NCBI RefSeq assembly: GCF_018350175.1
Contig: NC_058368.1
Location: 214,336,001-214,400,000 of the forward strand
Length of the DNA: 64,000 nucleotides
Reading direction: 5' to 3'
Origin: Felis catus
Lineage: Eukaryota
This document shows, piece by piece, positions 1-11,135 of this stretch. A program made the translations under genes and the position numbers. The notes beneath the pieces are model-generated. The model ran no database searches and was not told the DNA's origin. It worked only from the letters and a program-made list of their open reading frames with translations. Each line of letters opens with the position of its first letter. The first letter of the stretch is position 1.

Positions 1-2721
1 AAAAAACCAACCCAATACTGGTTATTAATTTGATTCCAAAAGAATCATACTCTTATGTATGTGGATTTGGCCACACAGCCTTCTTTGATGTTAATGAGAG
101 TATAAAGGATTGACTCTCTGTCTTGAGCTGTAAGGTTTTCACTTTCCAGCTGCCTCAGAGCCGAGGAGAGCCCTTATGTCATTGTCATGCCAACCAAAAG
201 TAAAATATTTTTTACTTAATGATGAGAAATAATTTCCATCTCTCCCCACCTGGAGGGGAGTGGAAAATAGCTGATTGAGTTTCAGACATCAAGTTCTTTG
301 TATGTCAATAATAAAAAAATCCTTAAACAACCACAATAACAGAATAGTAGGATGACGTTTTGATTTTTGTGTTGAGACCCATGAAAAATTATCTCTTGGA
401 CCAAACGAATGAATAAGGAGATTTGAAACAAGATATGGTGGGAGATTCTGTCTGTGTAAATAAAGAGCCAAGCGTCATAGAAGACACCATTAATCAAGCA
501 ATTAACCTTTCAATTGTGTTATTTATTTTGGAGAGCAATTTTGCCACCCCAGGAATTATGGAGAGATTGAAAAAATATGTTAACTCTTTACTGGTTTAAA
601 GAGTTCTTGTCATCTAAATGGCTGACAGATTGCTGTGTAACTAGAGCCAAGGGACTGACGTGGAGGAACAGGCTGTCAGTCAAGCAGGTGTCATCTTTGC
701 AAAAGTCTGGAACACGTCTTTTTTATTATTGAAGAACATTGTCATGTTGGCAGATTCAGGGACAGAGTCTGAAATAAAAAATATTCATGCAAGTACAAGT
801 ATCTCATTCCCCAGATCTGCTTAATGCTTTTCCTCCTGAGGCTGAAGGCCTTCTAGGTCATTTCTGGCCATTAGACTCAATTAAAAATTAGAAACAGAAA
901 ATTGATCTTCACCCACCTCCAGATGCATCCACATTAGGTGGCACATGGATGTTAAACTTGTTAATAATTCAAGACTTGCGTAGACATATTTCCTTGAAAC
1001 TTAACAGTTTGGAGAAAAAGAACATATCCAGGTTACCCCAGAGGAGAAAACAAATTACCTTTTGCCTTTCTGACATCTTATTCTCCTTCACTGCACCTGG
1101 CCAATCTCCACCTGGCAGTGCTCTCAATCACCCAGATGGAAAGGGAGTTTAGGTGGCCCCTCCAAAAACTGATGAGGTTCAGCCTCACCACTGTCTAATA
1201 GAATGTGCTCTATAGTGGAACAGTCTACATTATATGCATCTGTCTTTCAGGGACCAATAGGCTGCATATATTCTTGTTTTGCACCATAAAGCAAAGAAAT
1301 ATTTTCCTGACTGTTTCCACATTTACTTACCCATGATATTATCAGTAGATTGCTTTTATCATTATGTCTAGTTTCATGAATAATACGTTAGTGTTGTAGC
1401 TTGCTTAATACAGCAGTTGAGTAAGATTTTTTTTTATCTCCTAATATGTGTGGACCAGAAATAACACCTCTTTTAATGATGTGAGTGTTTATTTTACTTC
1501 CAAGATGTTCAGTGTTTTAAAATCAAGATAATCTGGGAGAGTAACATGATGGATGCTACTACGTGTGTGCACCAAATGGAAAGTAAATCAGTTAGCATAT
1601 TTTTCTCCATAAAAACCTTGCAATTGATTATTAAAACTTGTTTAGAACTGTTGATTCAAATTCATCAAGAGGGGGGATAGAATATTTGAAACTCTGCAAA
1701 TATCTTGATTTCTATTCCTGCCCACTGACCAGAGAGCTGAATAATGCAAAATTTGAAGCGATTCAGTTACTAAACACAAGTCTCTAGAGAATAACTATAA
1801 GAGTTTTCATTTACATCACAGCCCTTGTGCATGTTAAGAAGGAAGGATCACAAAGTTAAGAGTCTATTTCTGTTTGAATAATTTCAATATATTACCAGAA
1901 CTAATTTTCTGTAATGTCCCTAAGATGGTAAGCAGAAACTTTATACTCCCCAGTCTCTTGTGATCAAAAACTTCCAAATCAGACTTGCAAATCGCCTTCT
2001 CATCACATCACTGGAGCTGCCAGATAAGAAAGTCTTGTAAGAAAGGGAACAACCAGAGTGCATTCATTAGTGTCATTGTACTCTAATTGAAGAAGTGACT
2101 TCTTTTGTATCCTAAGATGGAAAATCAGTAAGCTTGTGACTGGGCTCCCTATATGTTGCTCCTGCCTGAATGGTAGTACAGTAATTACACATTCAAGAAT
2201 ACCTATGATGACAGAAAATACTATAAAATATGGAATCTACTCTTTGAAGTTTACTTTAAGATGGTGATTGCACTTGAGATAACCGTTTATTTCCTGTCTC
2301 TTTAAAAATTATTGGGAAGAGCCTCTCAAAAGGGCATTTTCCATCATTCAGCTTACTCTTTCGCATGTAGCGTCTTCACTTGTGAAGACATGATAAGTCT
2401 TTCATATGTTCTTTGTGGATTTTAGATGCATATGCCAAATCTATATTGGTCTCCGTAGAAACAGCTCTTCTGGTACCATATACCATGCTTCTTCCACTGG
2501 TAGCAATTATACTCCCTGACCTCTGCAGGTAGAAGGATGTGCTGATTCTAGAGCCTCATTAAGATTAAAGTAAGCAATAATTGCCTCAAGCCAGGGGTGC
2601 ATTTTGTACGGAATGAAGGAAGATACCAAAGGTGTACATTTATCACATCTGCAAACTGTTCTATTACATAGCTTGAAATTTGAAAGTTAGGCCGTTCTAT
2701 TATTTTATATTTTTATGTTTT

Positions 2722-2830
2722 TGAGCTTCAATTTTGTTATCTGGAAAATGGGGTTAATAATTCCTACTTGGCACTAGTGTCATAAGTATAGAATGGGGTG
2801 ATAGATATAAAACCATTTTGTAAACTACAT
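2722..2830 (+). mobile_element. MIR SINE core relic
   Basis: GAGCTTCAATTTTGTTATCTGGAAAATGGGGTTAATAAT resembles the MIR core CCTCAGTTTCCTCATCTGTAAAATGGGGATAAT. Confidence 0.65.
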
Positions 2831-4035
2831 AATGCAGTAGAAGGTGAAGCTATTTTTATCAAATTCTTTTCTATCTTTCCTGCTATTTAGCAGTGGAGTA
2901 GACTATCTTCCTGGCTACTAAGCTCCCTATATATGGGGAAATTAAAGCAGAAATTGTCAGACACACTATATAGAGACAGATACAGTGGAAGTGATGATTG
3001 GCAAGATGATTACATGGTATTTACCAACTATAAACCTCTGTGACCCTTTGATTTTCATTTACAATTGCATTTAATTGTAAAACATTTTTTGAGGGAGTGG
3101 TGATGAGTTTGCCAAATATGCATATCAAGGACTATATATCAAAACAATGTTTTAAAAATTGTACAGATGTGGTAAAGATATTTGATTTGTGTACTATTAA
3201 GAGATGAATTGTGACAGGTTAACACCTTTAAGGTCACATTTGGCCAATTCATCTGTGTCTTTTAGAAATTGTTACCTATTCATGGAGACCTTAAATCAAT
3301 CTGCAATCTCAAAGGCAAAATGAAAAGCCTGTTACCTCATTTTACCATGTGATTTTCTTCATAAAGTATGGATTCATTAAATACAAGTGAATACTCAGTG
3401 CTTAGGTTAGAATAGATGCTGAAAGCACTAACTCTAATTTTTACCTTTAGTTTGATAACATATTTCCCATGGTTTGGACATGTTTGGGTTTATTCAATAA
3501 AAGGCCCCTTTGCCCTATTTTTCTCCCATAGTTGGCAATATCCATCAGATAATGACCTGCCAGTCTAACCTGACTTACTATGCAGAATAATCAAAGTAGG
3601 TGAATACCAGCCTCTAGGAGAATCATATTTCCTGCTTCTCAAGTTAATGTATGTGTGTCATAGGAACTCCCTACAAAATTGTGCCTGGGGGCTTTAGGAT
3701 CCAAGTCAAAGCGATTCATAAAATGGATGCGTTATAAATCTAGCTGTGGAAGATTGATGTTAAGGCTCCTTAAATGCTAGCTAAGTCCATTCACGAGCAG
3801 GGATGGTACAGTTATCTCCTTTTTAGTAGCCTGCCGTTTTATTGCTCTTTAAAGAAATCATTAAAGATATTTGAAGTTGTCAGATTCAGAGAGCTCAAGT
3901 TTTGGAGGAATTCCAGGAAGGAAATGCCTTATACAGAAATGCTCCCAAGACGATTTAGATATAGCAAAAGTCTACCCAGTACAATAGACTAGTTCAGGGG
4001 TTTTAAAATCACAAATACAATCACATCGGTTTAAC

Positions 4036-4172
4036 TCACTCTTTCATTCATTTATTTATTCATGTATATATTTATTGTGTGTTATGTGAGTCAAGTACAA
4101 TTCTGGGTGCTTTGTTCTTAACAGGGAACAAGGGACACACAGTGTCTACTTTCATGAAGCTTGTGGTACAGT
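4036..4172 (-). mobile_element. L2 LINE 3' end relic
   Basis: CATTCATTTATTTATTCAT...GGGAACAAGGGACACACAGTGTCTACTTTCATGAAGCTT resembles the reverse-complemented L2 3' terminus. Confidence 0.65.
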
Positions 4173-5610
4173 TTATATCCTCTGGGGAAAGTGGCGATGA
4201 TATATGTGATCTTACAGTATTGGCAGCACATTAGCATATTGCACTTTGATGCATATTAGCACCTCCAAAAATGGGGACTGGCATCTCTTTGAAAGAAAAT
4301 CACCAAAGTTAAGAGCAAAAATTGGTAGTGAGAGAGCTGCAAAATGATAATATAGATTTATTGACAGAATTCAAGAAGTGCATACATACCCTGCCTATGC
4401 TGTAGGTCAAATTATTGCAGGGAAGAGTTAATTAAGATTATCATTAATGTTTAATGATAAGAAACCACATTTCATTCCGATTCAGTAGAGTGAAACAACA
4501 TACTGTCAGAATAATGGGGAATCCAAACCCCAGGGAAACTAGGGGGTGTTGATGTTGGTGCCTTTCTATGTTCACTTCCACAATTCCCATGCCATCCTCT
4601 TGCTGCGTCTGGCTCCTCAGGATCCAAAATTGGGCAGGCCAGATGGGTGGCTTTTAGGCTTTTAAGGGCGGATATATCCTCACCTTTAAATTTTCCTGCT
4701 TAAATGCTTCAATCTCACCGTGAATCCACTATGCAAACTCTAGATACTACCAGCAAATCACATGGATGTATGGTAGTGGAGATTGTCCTAATGGAAAGAC
4801 ATTGAGCTAGGTTTTGAAAGGAAAGAAAACAAAGATGCATTAGACAGTCCCTTACTCTCAAGATTCGTATTCCAGCTCTTGAGATAAGAGCAACTATCAG
4901 GTTAACTGCTGTTAAAAGATTGAAATAGCATTTTATGATTATAGATGCTTTTTCACAGGATAGTAGCTGATGAATTGCCAAATGAATTGGCCCACCAGGC
5001 CTTTAGCCCATTTTATTAGGCACAGGAGGATGAATTCTATCATCCTTGTTGCTCAAGAGAACCCTTCTTCAGGAGTTAAAATAGCTGGAGCTCCCTCTCC
5101 TCATGTTAAGAATTTGGTTTCCAGTGAACACAGGCCAGGGAAGGAAGAGCGTTTTAATTGTTTGCTCCGTTTCTCCTTTACCCTGTGCCTCTTTTCAAAG
5201 CAAACATGCCTCTCTGGTGAAAGCTCCTTTCCACAGGTTGACAATCCATCACCCGTCTCTGAGTACCTCTCTCCTTTTTGTTTTTAAGCCTGATGTTCAG
5301 ATATTTATCTTCACAGAGGTGAACAGAGGGAACATCTTTAAATATGGCGTCGATGTGTCCCAACCCAGATGAAAGCCTCTTAAATCAGTTCCCCTCAATC
5401 CTGTTACCACACATTAACTCTGAACAGGATTATCTACCAGCCTGCCAGTCAAGATGTTCAGGGGAAAGGGGAAAAAAAGGAGAGCAAAGAGCTTTTTTGC
5501 TCGTCAGTCTGCCGTGGGACCAGTGGGATGAAATGTGTTCTGATCTCACTTTATTCACATGGCTACAAGTTACAGTTCCTGCTGTATGTGCTGAAGGAAA
5601 AGAAAATTGA

Positions 5611-5611
<1 letters not shown>

Positions 5612-5649
<38 letters not shown>

Positions 5650-5663
5650 CGCACATACACACA
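5612..5663. repeat. (CA)n microsatellite
   Basis: CA run with a few interruptions, seen directly. Confidence 0.95.
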
Positions 5664-7324
5664 TCCTTCACAGTATATCTGAATTTCCAGAAAGTTAGAC
5701 AGAAACTTAATCTTTACTTATCTGCATATGTAATTCATAGCATATTTTTAATCAATAGCTTAAATACAGAAGAAATTTAGCAGTCGAGCTCTGAAGAAGT
5801 GACAGTTTAGATTGGTTTGGAGTTAATGAAATAATTAGCACCATTTCAATGTGATTAATTTATAGCTGTATATTAAGTGCTCAATTTGTTTAAGAAACTT
5901 GAGCTCCCCAAGTGCTGGGGATATGCTGAAGAAGGGATATGACTCAGCAGTGGCAACGTATGATTGAAATTTAAGTTACCAAAGTCACTGCAGTCAGCTA
6001 TTGCCATATTTCCACATCACCACAGTGACCCTGGGGAAAGGCTTCTGGAGGGAGCTACCTTAGCAGACAGACCTCAGGAGACTAGATGGGATGTAGTATG
6101 TAGTTCAGTATGTAGTATGCTGTATGTAGTACCTGGGATGTGGAGCAGGAGAGCAGGTGAGAAAGACTTGTTTGTGATGTGATTTGTAAATATCCTTTTA
6201 GACAAACAGAAAGGGAAGGATGTTAGGAGCTTTTGACTTACAGGTTATGGGGATAAAATATCATTGCCTAAAGCCCTTCAAGTTTCTCTTATATAATTGA
6301 AATAAAAATGTCCATTTTGCGTTCTTAATATATCTGATGATTCTGTTTTACTTTTTTGCTGGATAGACTTTCTGACCGCTACAACTCTGCTCTTTCTTGG
6401 TACTCCGTTTATTTTGTACTTTGTTTATTTTTGAAGTGCTCAAATATAGTTTTAAACTTCCCAGTTGCATCTTATTCAAAAATTTACAAGTTTGACATTT
6501 TTAGATTATAATCTCCTAGAGAACAAGAACATGTTTTCAACTCAACTGTGTATAGCACCTGTCTGAAACTGGGAAAAGTCTGAGATTTTGCCATCCTTGC
6601 AAGCTTATTTGTTAGCTTGACAGTTTCATGGATGCTGGCAGAAGGTGGGAGCCTCCTCGGCTAGAGATAAGGGACTTCATTACTAGAAGCAGTAGTAGCA
6701 CCCAGAATGTCAGATTTTTTGGCACCTTTCCCAGGCCCCAGTTTCCACAGGGTAGTGCAAAGAGGGCCAGGTAACACCTGCAGTGTGTTGCTTTGTGGAA
6801 GAGGAACACTAAGCTTAGGGGACCCAAATTTTTTATAGTGGGCAGTAAGGAAGTCTGCCTTTTTTTTTTTCAGAAGGAGGAATTGTTTCTGTCTTCTAAG
6901 ATGCTTCATTATATACACATTATGGAAAAAAATTGTCTGGAACAGCTATAGTAAGTTCCTCTGCTTGCATGATACGCAGAAATGTGAGAGAACCACTGAC
7001 AATTGTCTCCCATTGGTACCCGGCAAAAGGCCTTGTGGAGGAACTGAGCCTGTTCTCTATAAAGAAGCAGACAAGGGAGAATCTGATGTCTGTCTTCATG
7101 CAACCAAGTGGAGTTTCATCTGTGTTTCCTGGAGCTCTTATTAGGTAAAACAAAGACAAATGAGTGGGAAGTACATTAAGTCAGATTTTGAATCACTTAT
7201 TTTGAGTTGCAAAGTTATATATTGTCCTTCTAAAAAAATCAGTTAATGTAGAAGTGAAAGCCCTCTTCACAGCTCTCCCCCATCCCACCTTCCTAGGGTA
7301 ACTACGTTAATATTCTGGTTCAAG

Positions 7325-7480
7325 GAGAGAACTTCTAGTGATTAAAACTGTCCAATGATATAATCGAGTTTTCTGGGAAGTATTTTCCTACCATGGACAA
7401 GCTGAACCACATAGTGTCAAGATTATTACATGGACAAGATGACCTTTACAGCCCCTTCCAATATGTAAATTCCACAGTTC
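7325..7480 (+). mobile_element. L3/CR1 LINE 3' end relic
   Basis: GGACAAGATGACCTTTACAGCCCCTTCCAA...ATTCCACAGTTCT resembles the CR1/L3 terminus. Confidence 0.55.
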
Positions 7481-7889
7481 TGGTAACAGTTAAGGTTCTG
7501 TGCTATTACTCAGTCTATGAGTTACTTCCATCGTTATGTTAAGGAAAAAATTAAGAGTGTGATATATGCCAGGTTAGCTGTAGGCAAGCAATCATTATTT
7601 CCAGTGGTCCTGGAACAGCTAGGCAATAGAGACGTCTCTAATGGAGGGATTTCGATATCCTTTGCTTATTAACTTTCTTATATCAGGATAGAGACCACTT
7701 GTCTAATGGTAAAGAGAAATTAGAACCCTTTCTCAGTTTGTTCTATCATGTAGGCGGAATATGACATTTCCACTTTCGTTAATGTTCCACACTTGACAAA
7801 GATTGGTGGCTAGTGTCATGAAACAGAGGGCATTATCATATTCTTTTCTCTGAAAGGAGATTGTATATTGATTCTTTTTTCCATGGCAC

Positions 7890-8290
7890 TTTTCCCAGGA
7901 AGGAGAATGGAAGATTTTGAATATAAGCTGTGGTTGCTCATGAGCGTAAGGAACGCCAGATAAGCAAAATAGGAATGAATTTGTTAAATACCAGTCTTCC
8001 AAAATTAGTTAAAGCTGTGGGGTTTTCTGGCAAAGTTAACACGCGAGCTAACTGAAAAATACTGCGTGTGAAAAGTAGCCCCATCTTATTTTGAAGAATG
8101 GTATGTTTTCCCAAGGTCTCGAATCGCTGTGGAGAGCTGGGGGTATAAGAGATGGACTTGATAGCGGACTAAGCGAGTGAGTAGGGGCGGTGTTGACAAT
8201 GCTGAGCACCGAGTCTGATGCACAGAAATCACATAGCATTTGTTGACACGTTTGTTGAATGTTGGTGCAGCGAGTGGAATTGGGGGGTGG
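7890..8290 (+). promoter_or_regulatory. Candidate alternative promoter / first exon
   Basis: About 11 CpG in 8030-8280, in otherwise CpG-poor DNA. TATAAGA at 8144, GC box GGGGCGG at 8184, and 5' splice-site-like ATG|GTATGT (8100/8101) and CGA|GTGAGT (8176/8177). No recognisable repeat. Confidence 0.35.
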
Positions 8291-9434
8291 TTCTTCTGTC
8301 TGTGGGTTTCACCTGCCTCCCACTGATGAATGTAAAACTGGGGAGTTTGATATGTCCTGCTGGTGACTTAGTAAAGCTCTGGGTTTTAACAGTATATCCC
8401 AGTCTGTGAAACTGAATATACCTGATATAAAAACAGTACCAAATCATAACCTCATGTGACCTTGATAATTTGGGAGCCACAGCTTTAGACCCTTCTTATG
8501 ATCCTACTTTTAATTTGATCTTTAAAATGCTGTTTCAAGGCTTTGGCTATTTTGATTAAATTTTGAAAGGGATCCATGCTTGTAATTGAGTCTGAACGTG
8601 AATTAGTGGCATCACCTGTAGGAATCTCTGTGTAATAAGCTGGATATAACTATATCTGATACGCTGTCTTGAATTCTGTGGAGTGGGCCACTTGAACCTT
8701 GTAATTTGTTTAATCATTATATCTGAGATGTTTATGTTTCTCTTTCTCAGAATCTCCCCCCATATCTCCCAACATATATGTATGTATCTCCACATATATC
8801 CCCCACTTACATCTACCTCTATATGTATATACACACATACCATATTTATATGATTTTATATATACATAATTTAAAAATTTCTTTCCACTATTTTTTCATG
8901 TTCTGAGGTAAAAAAAACAACAACAGATGCACTTATGACTTACTCATGAACCCATATTAATATGTAACCCGGAGAGGCAGAAACAGACCATGTCAATCCC
9001 TTTTGAGTCTACTCCTTACTTAATTTCCTTTAGCTCTCTGTCTTGTGCTATAGACTCTGCACATGAATTATTGTTTGTTTTCTTTGCTGCTTTAACATTG
9101 TAATTAGATGCTCAGTGTGTTGGCATTAGTGCCCAGGATCCTGATGGTGAGCTCTATTTTCCTCAACTCTTTGTCTTAAAACAACAACAACAAAAGGTTT
9201 AAGGTTTCATAATTTATGTTAAATAATTAGTTCAAAGAGAAATCATTTTGACAACATAAAAGTTAAAACAGGATATAGGAAAATTACATTTATCTTGAAA
9301 GTTTACTATCTATCCAGATTTACTTTTCTCTTTAACATAAATTCTGGCTAATATACTGAAATCTGTATGAAACCTTGTTCAAGTTTAATTTGGAACATAA
9401 ATGTGCTGTTTAGCTTTTTTTTCTTGCTTTTATT

Positions 9435-9645
9435 AATTATTATTATTTTTTAATGTTTATTTATTTTTGAGAGAGAGGGACAGGTGCAAGTGGGGGAGGG
9501 CAGAGAGAGGAGACACAATCTGAAGCAGGCTCCAGGGTTTGAGCTGTCCACACAGAGCCTGATGCAGGGCTCCAGTGCACGAACCATGACATCATTATCT
9601 GAACCGAAGTCAGACACTTAACTGACTGAGCCACCCAGGTACCCC
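9435..9645 (-). mobile_element. SINEC (feline Can-SINE) inserted in an L1 tail
   Basis: Head (rc GGGGTACCTGGGTGGCTCAGTCAGTTAAG), (GA)n linker and A-tail. TSD TGCTTTTATT 9425-9434 / TGTTTTTATT 9646-9655. Confidence 0.95.
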
Positions 9646-10035
9646 TGTTTTTATTTAAATTCCAGTTAGTTAACATACAGTGTTATATTAGCTTCAGGTT
9701 TACAATATAGTGATTCAAGACTTCTGTACATCACCTGGTGCTCATCACAACTAGTGGACTCCTTGATCCCCATCACCTATTTAACCATCCCTCCACTGAC
9801 CTCCCCTCTGGTAACCATCAGTTTACTCTCTTTAGTTAATAGTCTGTTTCTTGGTTTACCTCTTTCTCTTTTTTCCCTCTGCTCAGTTTTTTGTTTCTTA
9901 AATTCCACATATGTGTGAGATCATATGATATTTGTCTTTCTCTGATTTATTTTGTTTAGCATAATACTCTCTAGTTCCATCCATGTTGTTACAAGTGGCA
10001 AAATTTCGTTCTGTTTTATGGCTAGGTAATATTCT

Positions 10036-10036
<1 letters not shown>

Positions 10037-10085
<49 letters not shown>

Positions 10086-10097
10086 CGCGCACACACA
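10037..10097. repeat. (GT)20(GC)7(AC)3A compound microsatellite
   Basis: Seen directly; lies inside the L1. Confidence 0.95.
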
Positions 10098-10912
10098 GCT
10101 TCTTTATCCATTCATCAGTTGATGGACATGAGCTGTTTCCATAATTTGTCTATTGTAGATAATGCTGCTGTAAACATTGGGGTGCATGTATCACTTTGAA
10201 TCAGTATTTTTGTATTCTTTGGGTAAATACCTAGTAGTGCAATTGCTACATTGTAGGGTAGTTCTATTTTTAACTTTTTGAGGAAACTCCATGATGTTTT
10301 CCAGAATGCTTATACCAGTTTGCATTCCCACCAACAGTGCAAGAGGGTTCCCTTTTCTCCACATCCTTGCCCAACACCTGTAGTTTCTTGTGTTGTTGAT
10401 TTTAGCCATTCTGATAAGTGTGAGGTGATATCTCATTATAGTTTTGATTTGTATTTCCCTGATGATAGGTGATGTTGAAAATCTTTCCATGTCTGTTGGC
10501 CATCTTTTTTGGAAAAATGTCTTCTGTCCATTTTAAATTGGATTATTCAGTTTTTGGGTGTTGAGTTTTATAAGTTCTTTATAGATTTTAGCCACCAACT
10601 TTATCGGATATGTAATTTGCAAATGTATTCTCTCATTCCATAGGTTGCTTTTTAGTTTTAATGATTATTTCCTTTGCTGTGCAGAGGATTTTTATTTTGA
10701 TGAAGTCCCAGTGGTTTATTTTTGCTTTTGTTTCCTTTGCCTTAGGAGGCATATCTAGAAGGAAGTTGCTAGGCTGATGTCAGAGAAGTTAATTGCCTGT
10801 GTTCTCTTCTAGAATTTTTATGGCTTCAGGTCTCACATTTAGGTCTTTAATCCATTTTGAATTTATTTTTGTATATGGTGTAACAAAGTGGTCCAGTTTC
10901 ATTCTTTTGCAT

Positions 10913-11135
10913 ATTTTTTAAAGTTTATTTATTTTGAGAGAGAGAGTGTGTGCATGCACATGCATGTGCAAGTGGGGGCAGGGGCAGAGAGAGAGAGGAG
11001 AGAGAGAATCCCAAGCAGGCTCTTTGCTGTCAGCATGGAGCCTGATGCTGGGCTCAGTCTCACGAACTGTGAGATCATGACCTGACCTGAAATCAAGAAT
11101 TGGACGCTTAACTGACTGAGCCACCTAGGTGCCCC
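10913..11135 (-). mobile_element. SINEC nested in L1 ORF2
   Basis: Full SINEC. TSD TCATTCTTTTGCAT 10899-10912 / TCATTCTTTTGAAT 11136-11149. Confidence 0.95.

Noticed and set aside
3058..4460. AT-rich hairpins at 3058-3081 and 4438-4460
   Set aside because: Stems of 9-10 bp are expected by chance in 64 kb of AT-rich DNA, and there is no supporting context.
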